This document shows, in pieces, positions 25,244 through 34,162 of a stretch of 42,612 nucleotides of DNA. Origin of the DNA: a virus (lineage: Duplodnaviria > Caudoviricetes); the IMG/VR virus record IMGVR_UViG_3300049171_000178, positions 1-42,612 of that record, one strand, 5' to 3'. The notes below the pieces were generated by a model. That model worked only from the letters and a program-made list of their open reading frames with translations, was not told the DNA's origin and searched no databases. Numbering within the stretch: the stretch's first letter is position 1; every line of letters starts with the position of its first letter. The position numbers and the translations under genes are program-made.

Positions 25244-26919
25244 TCGATCGGCTCCTCAGCCCCGAAGCCATCGGCCGCGGCGTCCTCGGCTTCGTCCTCG
25301 GCCTTGGTGCCCTCGCTCCCCTTCATGATCTTCGACGCGCGGGCGCCAAGCGGGTCGGGCAGGCCGAGGCGCTTGCGGGTGGCCTCCTCGACGGCGCGCT
25401 GGGCCATGGTCTCCTCCCAGTCGCCACCGCCGTTCTCCGCGACCTCTTGCTCATAGGTGCTGAGATAGTTCTGGATGCCGAGCACCGCGCCCTGCTTCTC
25501 CTTTACCGGATCGATCCAACCGCGTCCGGGGCCGTACCAGGCGCAGCGCGCATAGGCGGCACGCTCCTCCACGAAATCTGGAGCACCGGCCGGCAGGGGG
25601 AGCAGCCCGCGATCAATCGCCTCTTCCAGGAAGCAGGAGTAAATGGGCGTGCAGAAGCCGGTGGCGTAGTCCGCCCGCCGACGGGTCACGGTGCGCCAGG
25701 CGTTCAGCGCGGCCGCACGGGCGGAGCTGTAGTTCACGTCACCCCAGGCCTGCGAGATCTCGGGCGCCGAGGCGCCGATCGCGGATGCCGCATTGCGCAG
25801 CATGGCGGCCTCGAACTGCGGGAATGCCGTGCTCGGCCGCGCCGCATTGGCGAAGGTCAGCTTCTCGCCCGGGAAGAGGGTCGCGATCCGCGCATCGCCC
25901 AGCCTCAGGCGCTTGTCGTTGTGGAAGTCGGCCCGCATGGCCTGATAGGCGGGCAGATCCTCGGTGCCCAGCGCGTCCTGCACCAGAGCCGGGTCGTTCG
26001 GGCTCTCGATGAAGGCGGCGAAGATGGCGTTGATCAGCGCCGCCTGCAGCTCCGCGCTGTCGTACTTCGCGAGCATGCGAAGGCGGGATAGGACGGGTGC
26101 CAGGATGCCGGCGCCACCGCGGGTCTGTCCGACCCGGTCCGCATCGAAGTCGTGGATCACGATGGGCCGGCCGGTGTCGCTCTCGCGTGGCAGCCGGTCC
26201 CAGATCCAGGGCCTCGCGCCAGCAGACCAGTCGCCCGGATGCGCGCTGCGGAAGTGGTAGGCGATCGCCGCCTCCTCCTCGTCCAGCTCGATCCCGCCCT
26301 TCAGGGTGGGCGTGTCCATCGCCTCATGCGGGTTGCAGAGGCGGTCGGGGTCCATGAGCTTGACCGCCGTTGCGTAGCTGGCGCGCCCGTAGCCGCGGCG
26401 CCTCGGAAGGTACCGCATCACCGCCACGGCATCGCCATCCACCAGCTTGTGGCGGAAGCCCAGACGGATGATCTGCGGCATGGTGTGGCGGCGGGCAGCG
26501 TCGCACCACCGCGCGGGGTCCTCTGCCCAGTCCCGCCAGAGCGACGAGGCCTGCATGGCGAACTCGGCAGCCCAGGTCGCGTCGAAGGCGCTGGAGTACC
26601 AGGACAGGCTGCGGAAGTCGGGCTTCGGCTTCGGGCGGAGGTTCGCGCCCACCACGCTGTCCAGCACGTTGGTGATCGCGCCGGACGCCCAGCCGTCGTT
26701 GCGGACTAGGTCGCGAACGCGCGCCACAATGGTGTCGCGATAAGGCCCCAGCTCCTGGTCGGGCGCACCGAGCCAGGGGTTCCACCCGGCCATTTCGGCC
26801 GAGTGCCGGTCCGCCGCGTCATAGGGGGTGGTACCGGCGAGCCCCTTCATGCGGGCATGCGCAACCTCGACGCGCGACACAGGCCGGCCGTCCGGATGGA
26901 TCAGCTTGGAGCCGCTCAT
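25240..26919 (-). CDS. Portal protein, lambda gpB family
   Basis: ARVRDLVRNDGWA, QTRG, VNYSSARA, GPGRGWIDPVKE. Confidence 0.95.
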   Translation of the reverse strand: MSGSKLIHPDGRPVSRVEVAHARMKGLAGTTPYDAADRHSAEMAGWNPWLGAPDQELGPYRDTIVARVRDLVRNDGWASGAITNVLDSVVGANLRPKPKPDFRSLSWYSSAFDATWAAEFAMQASSLWRDWAEDPARWCDAARRHTMPQIIRLGFRHKLVDGDAVAVMRYLPRRRGYGRASYATAVKLMDPDRLCNPHEAMDTPTLKGGIELDEEEAAIAYHFRSAHPGDWSAGARPWIWDRLPRESDTGRPIVIHDFDADRVGQTRGGAGILAPVLSRLRMLAKYDSAELQAALINAIFAAFIESPNDPALVQDALGTEDLPAYQAMRADFHNDKRLRLGDARIATLFPGEKLTFANAARPSTAFPQFEAAMLRNAASAIGASAPEISQAWGDVNYSSARAAALNAWRTVTRRRADYATGFCTPIYSCFLEEAIDRGLLPLPAGAPDFVEERAAYARCAWYGPGRGWIDPVKEKQGAVLGIQNYLSTYEQEVAENGGGDWEETMAQRAVEEATRKRLGLPDPLGARASKIMKGSEGTKAEDEAEDAAADGFGAEEPIE

Positions 26920-27188
26920 CCAAACCTCACGCCGATGGCGCGGCGGCGGCGGAGCGCGGCCACGCCAGCCTGACGCTCCAGATCGGGAATGTAGGTCTCA
27001 GCCAGCCACTTCCGATCGGCCTGCGTGAAGCTGGTGCCCATGCCGCCGCCGGTGGAGCTGTATTGCGTGCTGGCGACGCTCTTGCCGATCGATAGCAGGT
27101 GAAGTGCGTGGCGCGCCTCGGCCAGCATGGCCAGCACCGTCTCACGCGGCACGCTGCCGTCGGGAAGGAGCGTCAGCTTCGTAGCCAT
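26916..27188 (-). CDS. Head-tail adaptor (lambda gpW-like)
   Basis: L.EA..ALH.L..GK.V...FTQAD...L..YI..LE.Q......RRRAIGVRF; start reset to ATG 27188 after GAAGGAGG. Confidence 0.8.
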   Translation of the reverse strand: MATKLTLLPDGSVPRETVLAMLAEARHALHLLSIGKSVASTQYSSTGGGMGTSFTQADRKWLAETYIPDLERQAGVAALRRRRAIGVRFG

Positions 27189-27198
27189 AAGCCCTCCT

Positions 27199-29274
27199 TC
27201 AGGCGAGGCGCGCGCCCTTGGGGCGCGCCGTTGTGGTGACGATGCCGGCGGGGCCGGCGGGCGGCTTCTCGTCTGGCGGCAGCGCCACCAGCGTGTTCGT
27301 GTCGTGCGGCGCCGCCCAGGCGGGCGGCTTGTCCCAGTTGATCCGGCCAAGGCCGTGCAGCCGGGCCAGGACATGCGTCCCGACCATCTGGTCCGCTGCC
27401 TCGTTCCGGCCGCCCGTGGTTGCCTTGCGCCAGCTGCCGTTCGGCATGCGCTGCTCGGCAACGAGCTGCTCGATCCACGGGTGCGGCGGTCCGGCCCGGT
27501 CCTTCAGCTCGTCCGACAGGTGCACGTACCAGGGGCCGGGCTCAGCCCGTGTCAGCTGCGCGGCGAGATCGTCCTTGAACAGGTTTGCGTTGAATCGCGC
27601 GACCGGCACCTGCCCTCGGGCGACGGCGCTGGCGGCGCGAGCCTTCCGGACTTCGTCCGGATAGACCACCTGCAGACGTGCGGCCTGCGGCTTGGAGGCA
27701 CCCTGCGTCAGGATCACGTCCCATGCGTCCCGGTCACCGACCCGGCCGAGCCGCCGGACCTTCCCGGCGCGCTGCCAGCGTAGCCAAGCCTCGTAGGCCC
27801 GTGAGGTAACGCCGGCGGCGCCGCCCATATCCATGCCGACACCGCGCGGCCGCATCAGTCGGCCGGACCCATCCGCCAGCGGCAAGGGTCGCTGCAGCAG
27901 TGCCAGCAGCCGATCCCAAGCCGCAGGGTCCGTTGCCGTCTCGGCCTCGACCTTCTCCACCTTCAGCACGGCGCTTTCGCCGCCCACACCCCAGCCGCGC
28001 CACATCGGCTCGAAGCGGTTGGCCTGCACGTCAGACCAGACCGTGATGAAGCGGACCCACTCCGGCACCACGCCAAGCTTCAGGGCAGGATCCGCACGCT
28101 CCGCCAGCACTTCGGCGTCGACGCTGCCGATCTTCCGCGGCGGCACGAAGGGGTAACCCCACTGCTTCACCACAACCTGGCGGGCCGTCGTCTCCTCACC
28201 GGAGCGCTCCATCTCGCGTTCCGCCGCGACCCGCTCCCGCGCCAGCCCGCCGATGCCCCCGTGCACGAAGGGGCTCATGACGCCGACGATCCAGAATCCT
28301 GCCGTGTCGTGCTCAATGAGCCGCCCCGTGACGCGGCCCTCGACCTCAATCTCCTCGCCGACGCCAACCCAGCGCCCCTCGGCGTTCATCGCCCGCCGCT
28401 CGTGATCCTCAATCAGCCCGCCGCAGACGGGGCAGAGGAGGCGGGCCATGTCCCGCACCTCGTCCAAGGGCGCCTCCGCGTCGTAGTCCAGCGCCATGAA
28501 GCGCGCAGCGCCTGGGTTCGGGCTGCTGTGTGCTCCGCAGCGCGGGCAGGGCCACCACCACATGCCCCGCGTGCTGTCGCGGTAGACTCGCATGATCCCG
28601 CGGTTCCAGCCGGCCGGCGACATGCCGACGGCCAGGTCCGGGTGAGACAAGAGGAACAGGCAACTGTCCTCGCCGAAGACCTGCCGCCGGACGTCCAGCA
28701 TCGGCTTCGCCTCACCCAGTTCGGAGAGGTCGTAGTTATCCACCTCGTCGGCGACGATGCGCGGGGCGTTCTTGTTGATCAGCGTGTTCTTGCCGAAGGA
28801 CAGGAACTCGGCCTGCATCACCCCGAAGTTCTTGAACGCCAGGCTGTCGTCAGCGGGGTCTGAGCCCAGGCGCTCCAGCATACGGGGATGAGCCCGAATC
28901 ATGGGCTCGATCCGCTTCTTGACGTAGGCCTCTACCCCCGGCTTCGTCTGCATGTACCAGAGGAAGCTGGCCGGGTCGGTCTCGACCGTCAACTGCAGCC
29001 AGTTCTCGGCCACCGTCGTCTTCGCACACTGGCCCGGGCCGGGAACCGCCACCGTCGTGTAGCGGCCCGAAGTCAGGGCGTCCGATGGACCCGCGAGATA
29101 TGGCACGCGCGTCCGGTCGAAGGGCTTCGCCTCCTCGCCGATGCCGTCCGTCAGCAGGCGGTTCCGCGCCGCGTACTCCGAGAGCGCCAGGCGCTCGGGC
29201 GGGATCAGCGCCGAGAAGGCGTCCAGCACCAGGGCATCCGCGTCGGCGAAGGGGCCCGGGTCATTCGTCGGCAT
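27199..29274 (-). CDS. Terminase large subunit, lambda gpA family
   Basis: Variant Walker A GPGQCAKT, Walker B IVADEVD, CPRCG/CPVCG, DVQANRFE, RNEAAD. Confidence 0.95.
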   Translation of the reverse strand: MPTNDPGPFADADALVLDAFSALIPPERLALSEYAARNRLLTDGIGEEAKPFDRTRVPYLAGPSDALTSGRYTTVAVPGPGQCAKTTVAENWLQLTVETDPASFLWYMQTKPGVEAYVKKRIEPMIRAHPRMLERLGSDPADDSLAFKNFGVMQAEFLSFGKNTLINKNAPRIVADEVDNYDLSELGEAKPMLDVRRQVFGEDSCLFLLSHPDLAVGMSPAGWNRGIMRVYRDSTRGMWWWPCPRCGAHSSPNPGAARFMALDYDAEAPLDEVRDMARLLCPVCGGLIEDHERRAMNAEGRWVGVGEEIEVEGRVTGRLIEHDTAGFWIVGVMSPFVHGGIGGLARERVAAEREMERSGEETTARQVVVKQWGYPFVPPRKIGSVDAEVLAERADPALKLGVVPEWVRFITVWSDVQANRFEPMWRGWGVGGESAVLKVEKVEAETATDPAAWDRLLALLQRPLPLADGSGRLMRPRGVGMDMGGAAGVTSRAYEAWLRWQRAGKVRRLGRVGDRDAWDVILTQGASKPQAARLQVVYPDEVRKARAASAVARGQVPVARFNANLFKDDLAAQLTRAEPGPWYVHLSDELKDRAGPPHPWIEQLVAEQRMPNGSWRKATTGGRNEAADQMVGTHVLARLHGLGRINWDKPPAWAAPHDTNTLVALPPDEKPPAGPAGIVTTTARPKGARLA

Positions 29275-29815
29275 CGGGTAGTCCCGTCTGCGCCAAGCCC
29301 GTCACGAAGATCCTCAGCTCGTCCTCGATCAGCGCCCGCAGGGCCCGCTGCTGTTCCCGCGTCAGTCCGAGCTTCTCGGCCGCCTTCACGGGGATCGTGC
29401 CTGTCATCCCTCGCCGCAGGGCAGTCAGGCCGCGGGCGAGGGCGGCGCGCATGTGATCCGCGACGAGGAGGCCGCCCGCCTCGATCGCCTGCTTTCGCTC
29501 CAGGTCACGGGCCCGCAGGTCCATGAAGCGCTGGTTCGGCGACAGGTCCTTCTCGGTCCGCGCCAGCAGATCGGCGATGCGCGCGACGGCGAGCTGCGCG
29601 TTGAACTGCCATCCGTCGCCGTTGCCGCCACCGCGCTTCACGACCGGGAAGGTCGGATCGCGCGCCAGGCACTCGTCCAGCGTGGTCCGCGAGATCCCTG
29701 CCTCGCGGCAGAGGTTCCGCTTGTTGACGATGCGAGGCGCCGGCGGCGCCGACGGCTCAGTCTTTCGGGAGCGGCGCTTGCGCGGTGGCGGCTCGGCCGC
29801 CAGCGCGGCGCTCAT
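29261..29815 (-). CDS. Terminase small subunit (Nu1-like)
   Basis: N-terminal wHTH VNKRNLCREAGISRTTL...FPV..RGG.G..WQF; overlaps the large subunit gene. Confidence 0.85.
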   Translation of the reverse strand: MSAALAAEPPPRKRRSRKTEPSAPPAPRIVNKRNLCREAGISRTTLDECLARDPTFPVVKRGGGNGDGWQFNAQLAVARIADLLARTEKDLSPNQRFMDLRARDLERKQAIEAGGLLVADHMRAALARGLTALRRGMTGTIPVKAAEKLGLTREQQRALRALIEDELRIFVTGLAQTGLPDADE

Positions 29816-29869
29816 CCGGGCACCTCAATGTTGTTGTCCAGTAGTTTTCAGGTCAGACGCTCGCGAGAG

Positions 29870-29916
29870 CCGCGGTGCGAAATACCCGCGTCCGGGAAGG
29901 TCCCCGGGAAGGACCC
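29870..29916 (-). other. Putative cos site: cosQ (29910-29916) and cosN with 12-nt core GGTATTTCGCAC (29875-29886)
   Basis: Minus strand reads GGGTCCT-23 nt-GGTATTTCGCAC-CGCGG, the same layout as lambda cos as recalled; just upstream of terS. Confidence 0.75.
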
Positions 29917-30058
29917 GTGAAACAATATAGCGCGTAATAATGTTGCGCATGCCGTGGCTGCATGGACCGGGGCTCCTGGCGGTCTCAGCATGCGTCAGAC
30001 GCATTCATTTTGTTGCGCCCTTCACGGGCTGTACGCACTTCGGCGGTGCAGCAGAGGT

Positions 30059-30718
30059 TCAGCGAGCTGTCTTCAACGCCCGAGAGAGCGCCTGGCGGAA
30101 GGCTGGCGTCAGCCCTGCCTTCATGGCCTTCACGGCGCGCGGCTTGAACCCGAACCTGGGCTGGTACTGGGCGTCGTCCTCGAAGGCGATCAGCAGGGTC
30201 AGCCCTGTCCGCTGCCCCTTCAGCTTCGCCGTCGTGTTGCCCTTGGTGCTAGAGGTGCCGTCGCGGCGCTTGCCGCGCGTGGGGCGCTGCCAGACGCCGC
30301 CGATCTCCTTCACGGTGCCGACGAACACGTCAGGGCGCGCGAGCAGGTTCTTCAGTCCACGCCTGGGCAGGTTGCCGTACTGATTAAGCCGGGCCTGCAC
30401 GGGCTGCACCAGCGCCCGCTTCGGCGGCGTCCTGGTGCCGCCCGTCTCCTGAAGGAGCAGGCCTGCGGCTGCCTGCTGCGGGCGCACATAGACGGCTGCT
30501 GTGGGCCTGTCCTTGCTTGCCGTTTGGACGGCGATGCCGCGCAGCGTGAAGGGCGTCGGCTTGTCGAACACGGAGGGCAGCGCCTGCTTCTCCGCCGCCT
30601 GCGCCTGCTTCACCACGCTCGTCAGCGCCACGGCGGTGACGAAAGGCAACTGCCGCATGGCACTGCCCAGCATGCGGCGCGCAGCAGCGACGTCGGCTGT
30701 GGCGGAGATGCTCAGCAT
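30059..30718 (-). CDS. Conserved basic phage protein, possible tail completion (gpZ-like)
   Basis: QLPF.TA.ALT, FDKPTPFT, L..QE.GG.R, NQYGN.P, Y.PRF.F motifs recalled from phage proteins at this position. Confidence 0.65.
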   Translation of the reverse strand: MLSISATADVAAARRMLGSAMRQLPFVTAVALTSVVKQAQAAEKQALPSVFDKPTPFTLRGIAVQTASKDRPTAAVYVRPQQAAAGLLLQETGGTRTPPKRALVQPVQARLNQYGNLPRRGLKNLLARPDVFVGTVKEIGGVWQRPTRGKRRDGTSSTKGNTTAKLKGQRTGLTLLIAFEDDAQYQPRFGFKPRAVKAMKAGLTPAFRQALSRALKTAR

Positions 30719-31014
30719 GTCGCCTCCTCCAGCCAGCAGACGAAGATCTTGTCTCGGCCAATCATGAGACTGGCCAGGTAGTCGTGCCGCCCATCGCAGA
30801 CCGTGAAGCGCTCACCTTCCCAATGCCCGACGACAGGGGGCCAGGGGGCGCAGTCGCCAAGGTTGAGCAGGCGGCGGAACTTCTTCTCGACGGCTTCGGG
30901 GCTCATCTGCGCGCGGTTACCGAGCTGGCATGTATCTATGTCCACCCACGCAGTGCGGACGAGCTGACCGGGCCGAACCGCCATGGAGCGGTCTTCGGCG
31001 ACGCGGACGCTCAC
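30712..31014 (-). CDS. Small ParB/Srx N-terminal-like protein (100 aa)
   Basis: WPPVV......F.V.DGRH...A....G...I.V pattern; AGGAG RBS. Confidence 0.6.
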   Translation of the reverse strand: MSVRVAEDRSMAVRPGQLVRTAWVDIDTCQLGNRAQMSPEAVEKKFRRLLNLGDCAPWPPVVGHWEGERFTVCDGRHDYLASLMIGRDKIFVCWLEEATC

Positions 31015-31052
31015 TGGCCGCTCCTACGTCAATAGCTGAAGCTGAAATGAGA

Positions 31053-31083
31053 AGCGCCCCGCGGCGGGTGCCGGCGGGGCGCT
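31053..31083 (-). terminator. Putative late-leader terminator (tR-prime-like)
   Basis: AGCGCCCCGC/GCGGGGCGCT 10-bp stem followed on the minus strand by TCTCATTTC. Confidence 0.55.
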
Positions 31084-31113
31084 GGGCTCCGGGCGCACTT
31101 AGCCCGGCATCGC

Positions 31114-31143
31114 GATCTATCTACTTCGAAGACGGCTCGTCAA
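31114..31143 (-). promoter_or_regulatory. Putative late promoter (pR-prime-like)
   Basis: Minus strand TTGACG-N18-TAGATC about 30 nt before the hairpin, at the head of the late operon. Confidence 0.45.
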
Positions 31144-31585
31144 GCGGAATATCAGGGTTGGGCGAGTGCTCACCGCACGATCGCCCCGCCGAACAGGACG
31201 AGAATGGGGCGGCCCATGTTAGGAACCCTCAGCATTAACTGCCTCCAGCGCGGGAGCAATCCGGTTTTCGGCCGCCGCAATGGCCCACGAGGCTCCAGAA
31301 ATACCAAGAGCTTATTCGGGTCGCGCGGATTCGGGAGATCTGATTCGATGCTGCCGGTTAGGCAGCGAGGCTGATGATGGCGGCTTCCTTGTCACCTGGC
31401 CCACGGCGTTGGCGGGCGCCGGCAGTGGACACGGAAGAGTGCTCCGGCACGCACTGTGGCGTGCAGTAGCGAATGACCATCTAGAGCATTGGCCACTTGC
31501 CGATTGGCTCTCCATTTCGAACCGCGGGTAAGCGGCCAGCGCCGTGATCCATGCAGGCAGGCGATTGCCCGAAAGGAGATTCGTG

Positions 31586-31795
31586 ATGGGACAAGATCAT
31601 GAGGCCGAGATGGCCGATCGCATTGCGGAGGAGCGCAGCGAGAACGAGGGCATGGCTGAGCACCGCTCCAAAGCTCGGAATCCGGTGCGCTGGGAGTTCG
31701 AGCGGGGACGGAGGGTAGCCCAGAGCGCGGCGCCTCGTCAGCACCTGGCCCGAAATGAGAGCTCGGTGCCGAAATCGCCTCGCAGGCCCCTCTGA
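31586..31795 (+). CDS. Hypothetical charged protein (69 aa, moron)
   Basis: AAAGGAG RBS before GTG/ATG. Confidence 0.5.
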   Translation: MGQDHEAEMADRIAEERSENEGMAEHRSKARNPVRWEFERGRRVAQSAAPRQHLARNESSVPKSPRRPL

Positions 31796-32134
31796 TTTGA
31801 AGTTCAGGCTTAGAAGTCCTGAACCTTGTCTGACAGGGAAAAGCCGTGAGTGGCCGCTTCGTAAGCCCTCGGCTCTAAGATATTCGCGATAGAGCCGAAG
31901 CACTTAGTTATAGTCTTCTTCCTGCGGCGACTCCCACGCAAGCGCGTGCAACGAGCGGTGGGGCCGAGCCGTGCAAAGTGGCTGCGTCGCTGATCAGTTT
32001 TCAAGCTGATCAAGGATGCATCGCCTTCGATCGTCGCAGATGCAATCTGTGGTCAAGGCACCAGCGAGTTCTGGGCCAGCAGCACGTGACGTGCGCAGAC
32101 CATCTGATCCGCCAAACATGAGAGGAACAGAGTC

Positions 32135-32590
32135 ATGTCCGAGCGCCTTATCGACGTACTCGATGAATACGGGTTGGCGAGACATACCTTCCCAGTCACC
32201 CTGGGCGGGGCGGAGGCCTCGGCCACGAATGAGAGCTATGAAGCAAAGGCTCTGGAAGCCGCGGCACACAGTGAACTGGCTTCGGATGAGGAACTCCGGA
32301 AGTTCACGGCGAAATGCCATTCTAGCCGGAGTGGCCCGCTGCAGCCGTACGGCGATGAGCTCAGCAGCAGTTCGGAGACGAAGCTCGGCCTTGAGCAGGC
32401 TGTGCGTGAACGGGCTTACTTTCTGTGGATTGAGGCAGGGCGACCTGTAGGTCAGGACGGCGATTGCTGGAGGCGCGCGCTCGAGCAACATTTCCGCCAG
32501 CGTGCTTACGTGCTTTGGCGGCAGGAGGGCTGCCCTGAGGGTCGTGCTGAAGAGCACTGGAGCCGTGTGTGTCAATTCCAGGAGCACTGA
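32135..32590 (+). CDS. Protein with tandem DUF2934-like repeats
   Basis: VRERAYFLWIEAGRPVGQDGDCW and FRQRAYVLWRQEGCPEGRAEEHW; GAGGA RBS. Confidence 0.8.
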   Translation: MSERLIDVLDEYGLARHTFPVTLGGAEASATNESYEAKALEAAAHSELASDEELRKFTAKCHSSRSGPLQPYGDELSSSSETKLGLEQAVRERAYFLWIEAGRPVGQDGDCWRRALEQHFRQRAYVLWRQEGCPEGRAEEHWSRVCQFQEH

Positions 32591-32650
32591 GCAACGACCA
32601 ACGCCGTCTACAGATCTAAGCTGGCGGTAGTCCGGCTGGTGGAGCATCCG

Positions 32651-33016
32651 ATGAGTAAGATGATGTGGCGTCTAGCTAACAACATCGAACCCGCTGGGGG
32701 TTCCTTTCCCAAGGCTGATAGTCCAAGGCAATGGAAGGTCTCTTGGGAACTGCACCGAGGCTCCACTCGTGTCGCGACGGCGGGCGTAGACCTTCAGAGT
32801 CAGTTCTGCATGCTTCCTGCGGCAGGAACCACGTGGACCCCAAACTCGACTTCCGCAGCTGAGATCGCTGATGCGGGTGCGAAGCTGTTCCTCATGCTCG
32901 GCATGCGGACTTGGTCGCGCGACAGCGTGCCGGACCAACATAGCGTCTCAGCGCTTATGGCTGAGCGCTTAGCAGATGCCGAGTTGCACGGAACAACAGC
33001 CTTTGCAAGGAGGTAG
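32651..33016 (+). CDS. Hypothetical protein (121 aa, moron)
   Basis: GGAG RBS before ATG 32651; lower-GC codons. Confidence 0.6.
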   Translation: MSKMMWRLANNIEPAGGSFPKADSPRQWKVSWELHRGSTRVATAGVDLQSQFCMLPAAGTTWTPNSTSAAEIADAGAKLFLMLGMRTWSRDSVPDQHSVSALMAERLADAELHGTTAFARR

Positions 33017-33019
33017 GAA

Positions 33020-33166
33020 ATGGCTGGCACCGCTTTCTACCTGTGGGTTGCGGCTCTTCTTGCACTCGGCGCCGTTGCCCTGACTTGGACGCATCTGGGA
33101 CTTGGCCTTGCGGTTTTTGTCGCGGGCGCCGTGGTGATGCTGGGTTGGCGCGTTGTGGTGGACTGA
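33020..33166 (+). CDS. Unannotated 48-aa two-helix membrane protein
   Basis: Hand translation MAGTAFYLWVAALLALGAVALTWTHLGLGLAVFVAGAVVMLGWRVVVD; AAGGAGGT RBS. Confidence 0.7.
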   Translation: MAGTAFYLWVAALLALGAVALTWTHLGLGLAVFVAGAVVMLGWRVVVD

Positions 33167-33278
33167 TTCTGGAGCTACTCGGTGCCGCGCTACCTGACTG
33201 AGGTGAAAACTTGTGTCCCACGGCGACCGGCGCTTGGTTAGGCTGTCGCACGGTCACGAAGGAATTCAGGGCAAGTAG

Positions 33279-33629
33279 CTAGGGCATGCTGTGCCGAATC
33301 GTTTCTGAGCAGCGGGAGGCGTTGAGGGAAGGGAGGCGCTGGATGAGAACGCCCAATCGATCTCCCGCTTGGGATACCTGATCTGGCAGCGCGGTCTGAC
33401 CTTTAACAACCAGCAAGCGGCAAGCTGCGCGGCCGATCATCAGAGCGCGCCGATCCTCGGCGCTGATCTCGTTTGGCAGCAGACTCGAAGCGCTATGCCG
33501 GATATCGAAGCCGGCGCTCCGAAGGTCGTGCAGCACATTCCTTGCGACCCGGTTCGGATTGTCGTCGCCCTTGCTCAACTCCAGAGATGCACGGACTACT
33601 TCAGATGGTTCCCTCACCGCAGCTTCCAT
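33279..33629 (-). CDS. Hypothetical protein (start may be GTG 33617)
   Basis: Overlaps the stop of the upstream regulator gene. Confidence 0.5.
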   Translation of the reverse strand: MEAAVREPSEVVRASLELSKGDDNPNRVARNVLHDLRSAGFDIRHSASSLLPNEISAEDRRALMIGRAACRLLVVKGQTALPDQVSQAGDRLGVLIQRLPSLNASRCSETIRHSMP

Positions 33630-34162
33630 AAATCCGCGAGTACGGTCAGCCCCTCTTGCACCAAGTAGGACCGGCCCAGCGTGGGCGCGTCCTCATGGAT
33701 CACGGCCAGGCGCACGGCGCCGACGTGCCGCGCGCTGCACCGCGCTCCGAGCCAGTCCATAGCTGCCGAGTATTCCCGGAAGGCCTCGGTGGCATCCCGC
33801 GCCTCTTCGTCGCTGATCTCCCCGCCACCGCCGCGGGTGCGATCACCAAATCCGCCGGGCGCGCCGATGCCGCGCAGGCTCCGGCGCCAGAGATTACGGA
33901 GGTGCCGTGCCGCTGCCTGCTGCCGAGGGTTCCAGCCATAATCCTCGCCGACGTTGATGCGCCGGTTCCGGTCTTCGGGCTTGCCCATCGGCCGGGTGAA
34001 TCGGCCCGTCGCATCCGCCGCCAGCGCACCGATGTAGAGCTCATCCCGCAGCTCGTCCGTCATCACATAGGCCCGGCCCTGCGCCACCGTCCCGGCTGCC
34101 AGTGTCAACCCAAGCTCCGTGCCACCCTTCAGCGGCTCCGGAGCCTTCCTGTCGTAGCTCAC
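33614..34162 (-). CDS. Putative late-gene activator/antiterminator (Q position, DUF6456-like)
   Basis: End of the replication operon; Q..AA..L...W, A...Y.AA...LG, GL..LA..W pattern recalled from alphaproteobacterial phage/GTA regulators. Confidence 0.5.
   Translation of the reverse strand: MSYDRKAPEPLKGGTELGLTLAAGTVAQGRAYVMTDELRDELYIGALAADATGRFTRPMGKPEDRNRRINVGEDYGWNPRQQAAARHLRNLWRRSLRGIGAPGGFGDRTRGGGGEISDEEARDATEAFREYSAAMDWLGARCSARHVGAVRLAVIHEDAPTLGRSYLVQEGLTVLADLWKLR

Noticed and set aside
31280-31531. 83-aa + strand ORF in the moron patch
   Set aside because: No clear RBS or recognisable motif; cannot support it as a gene
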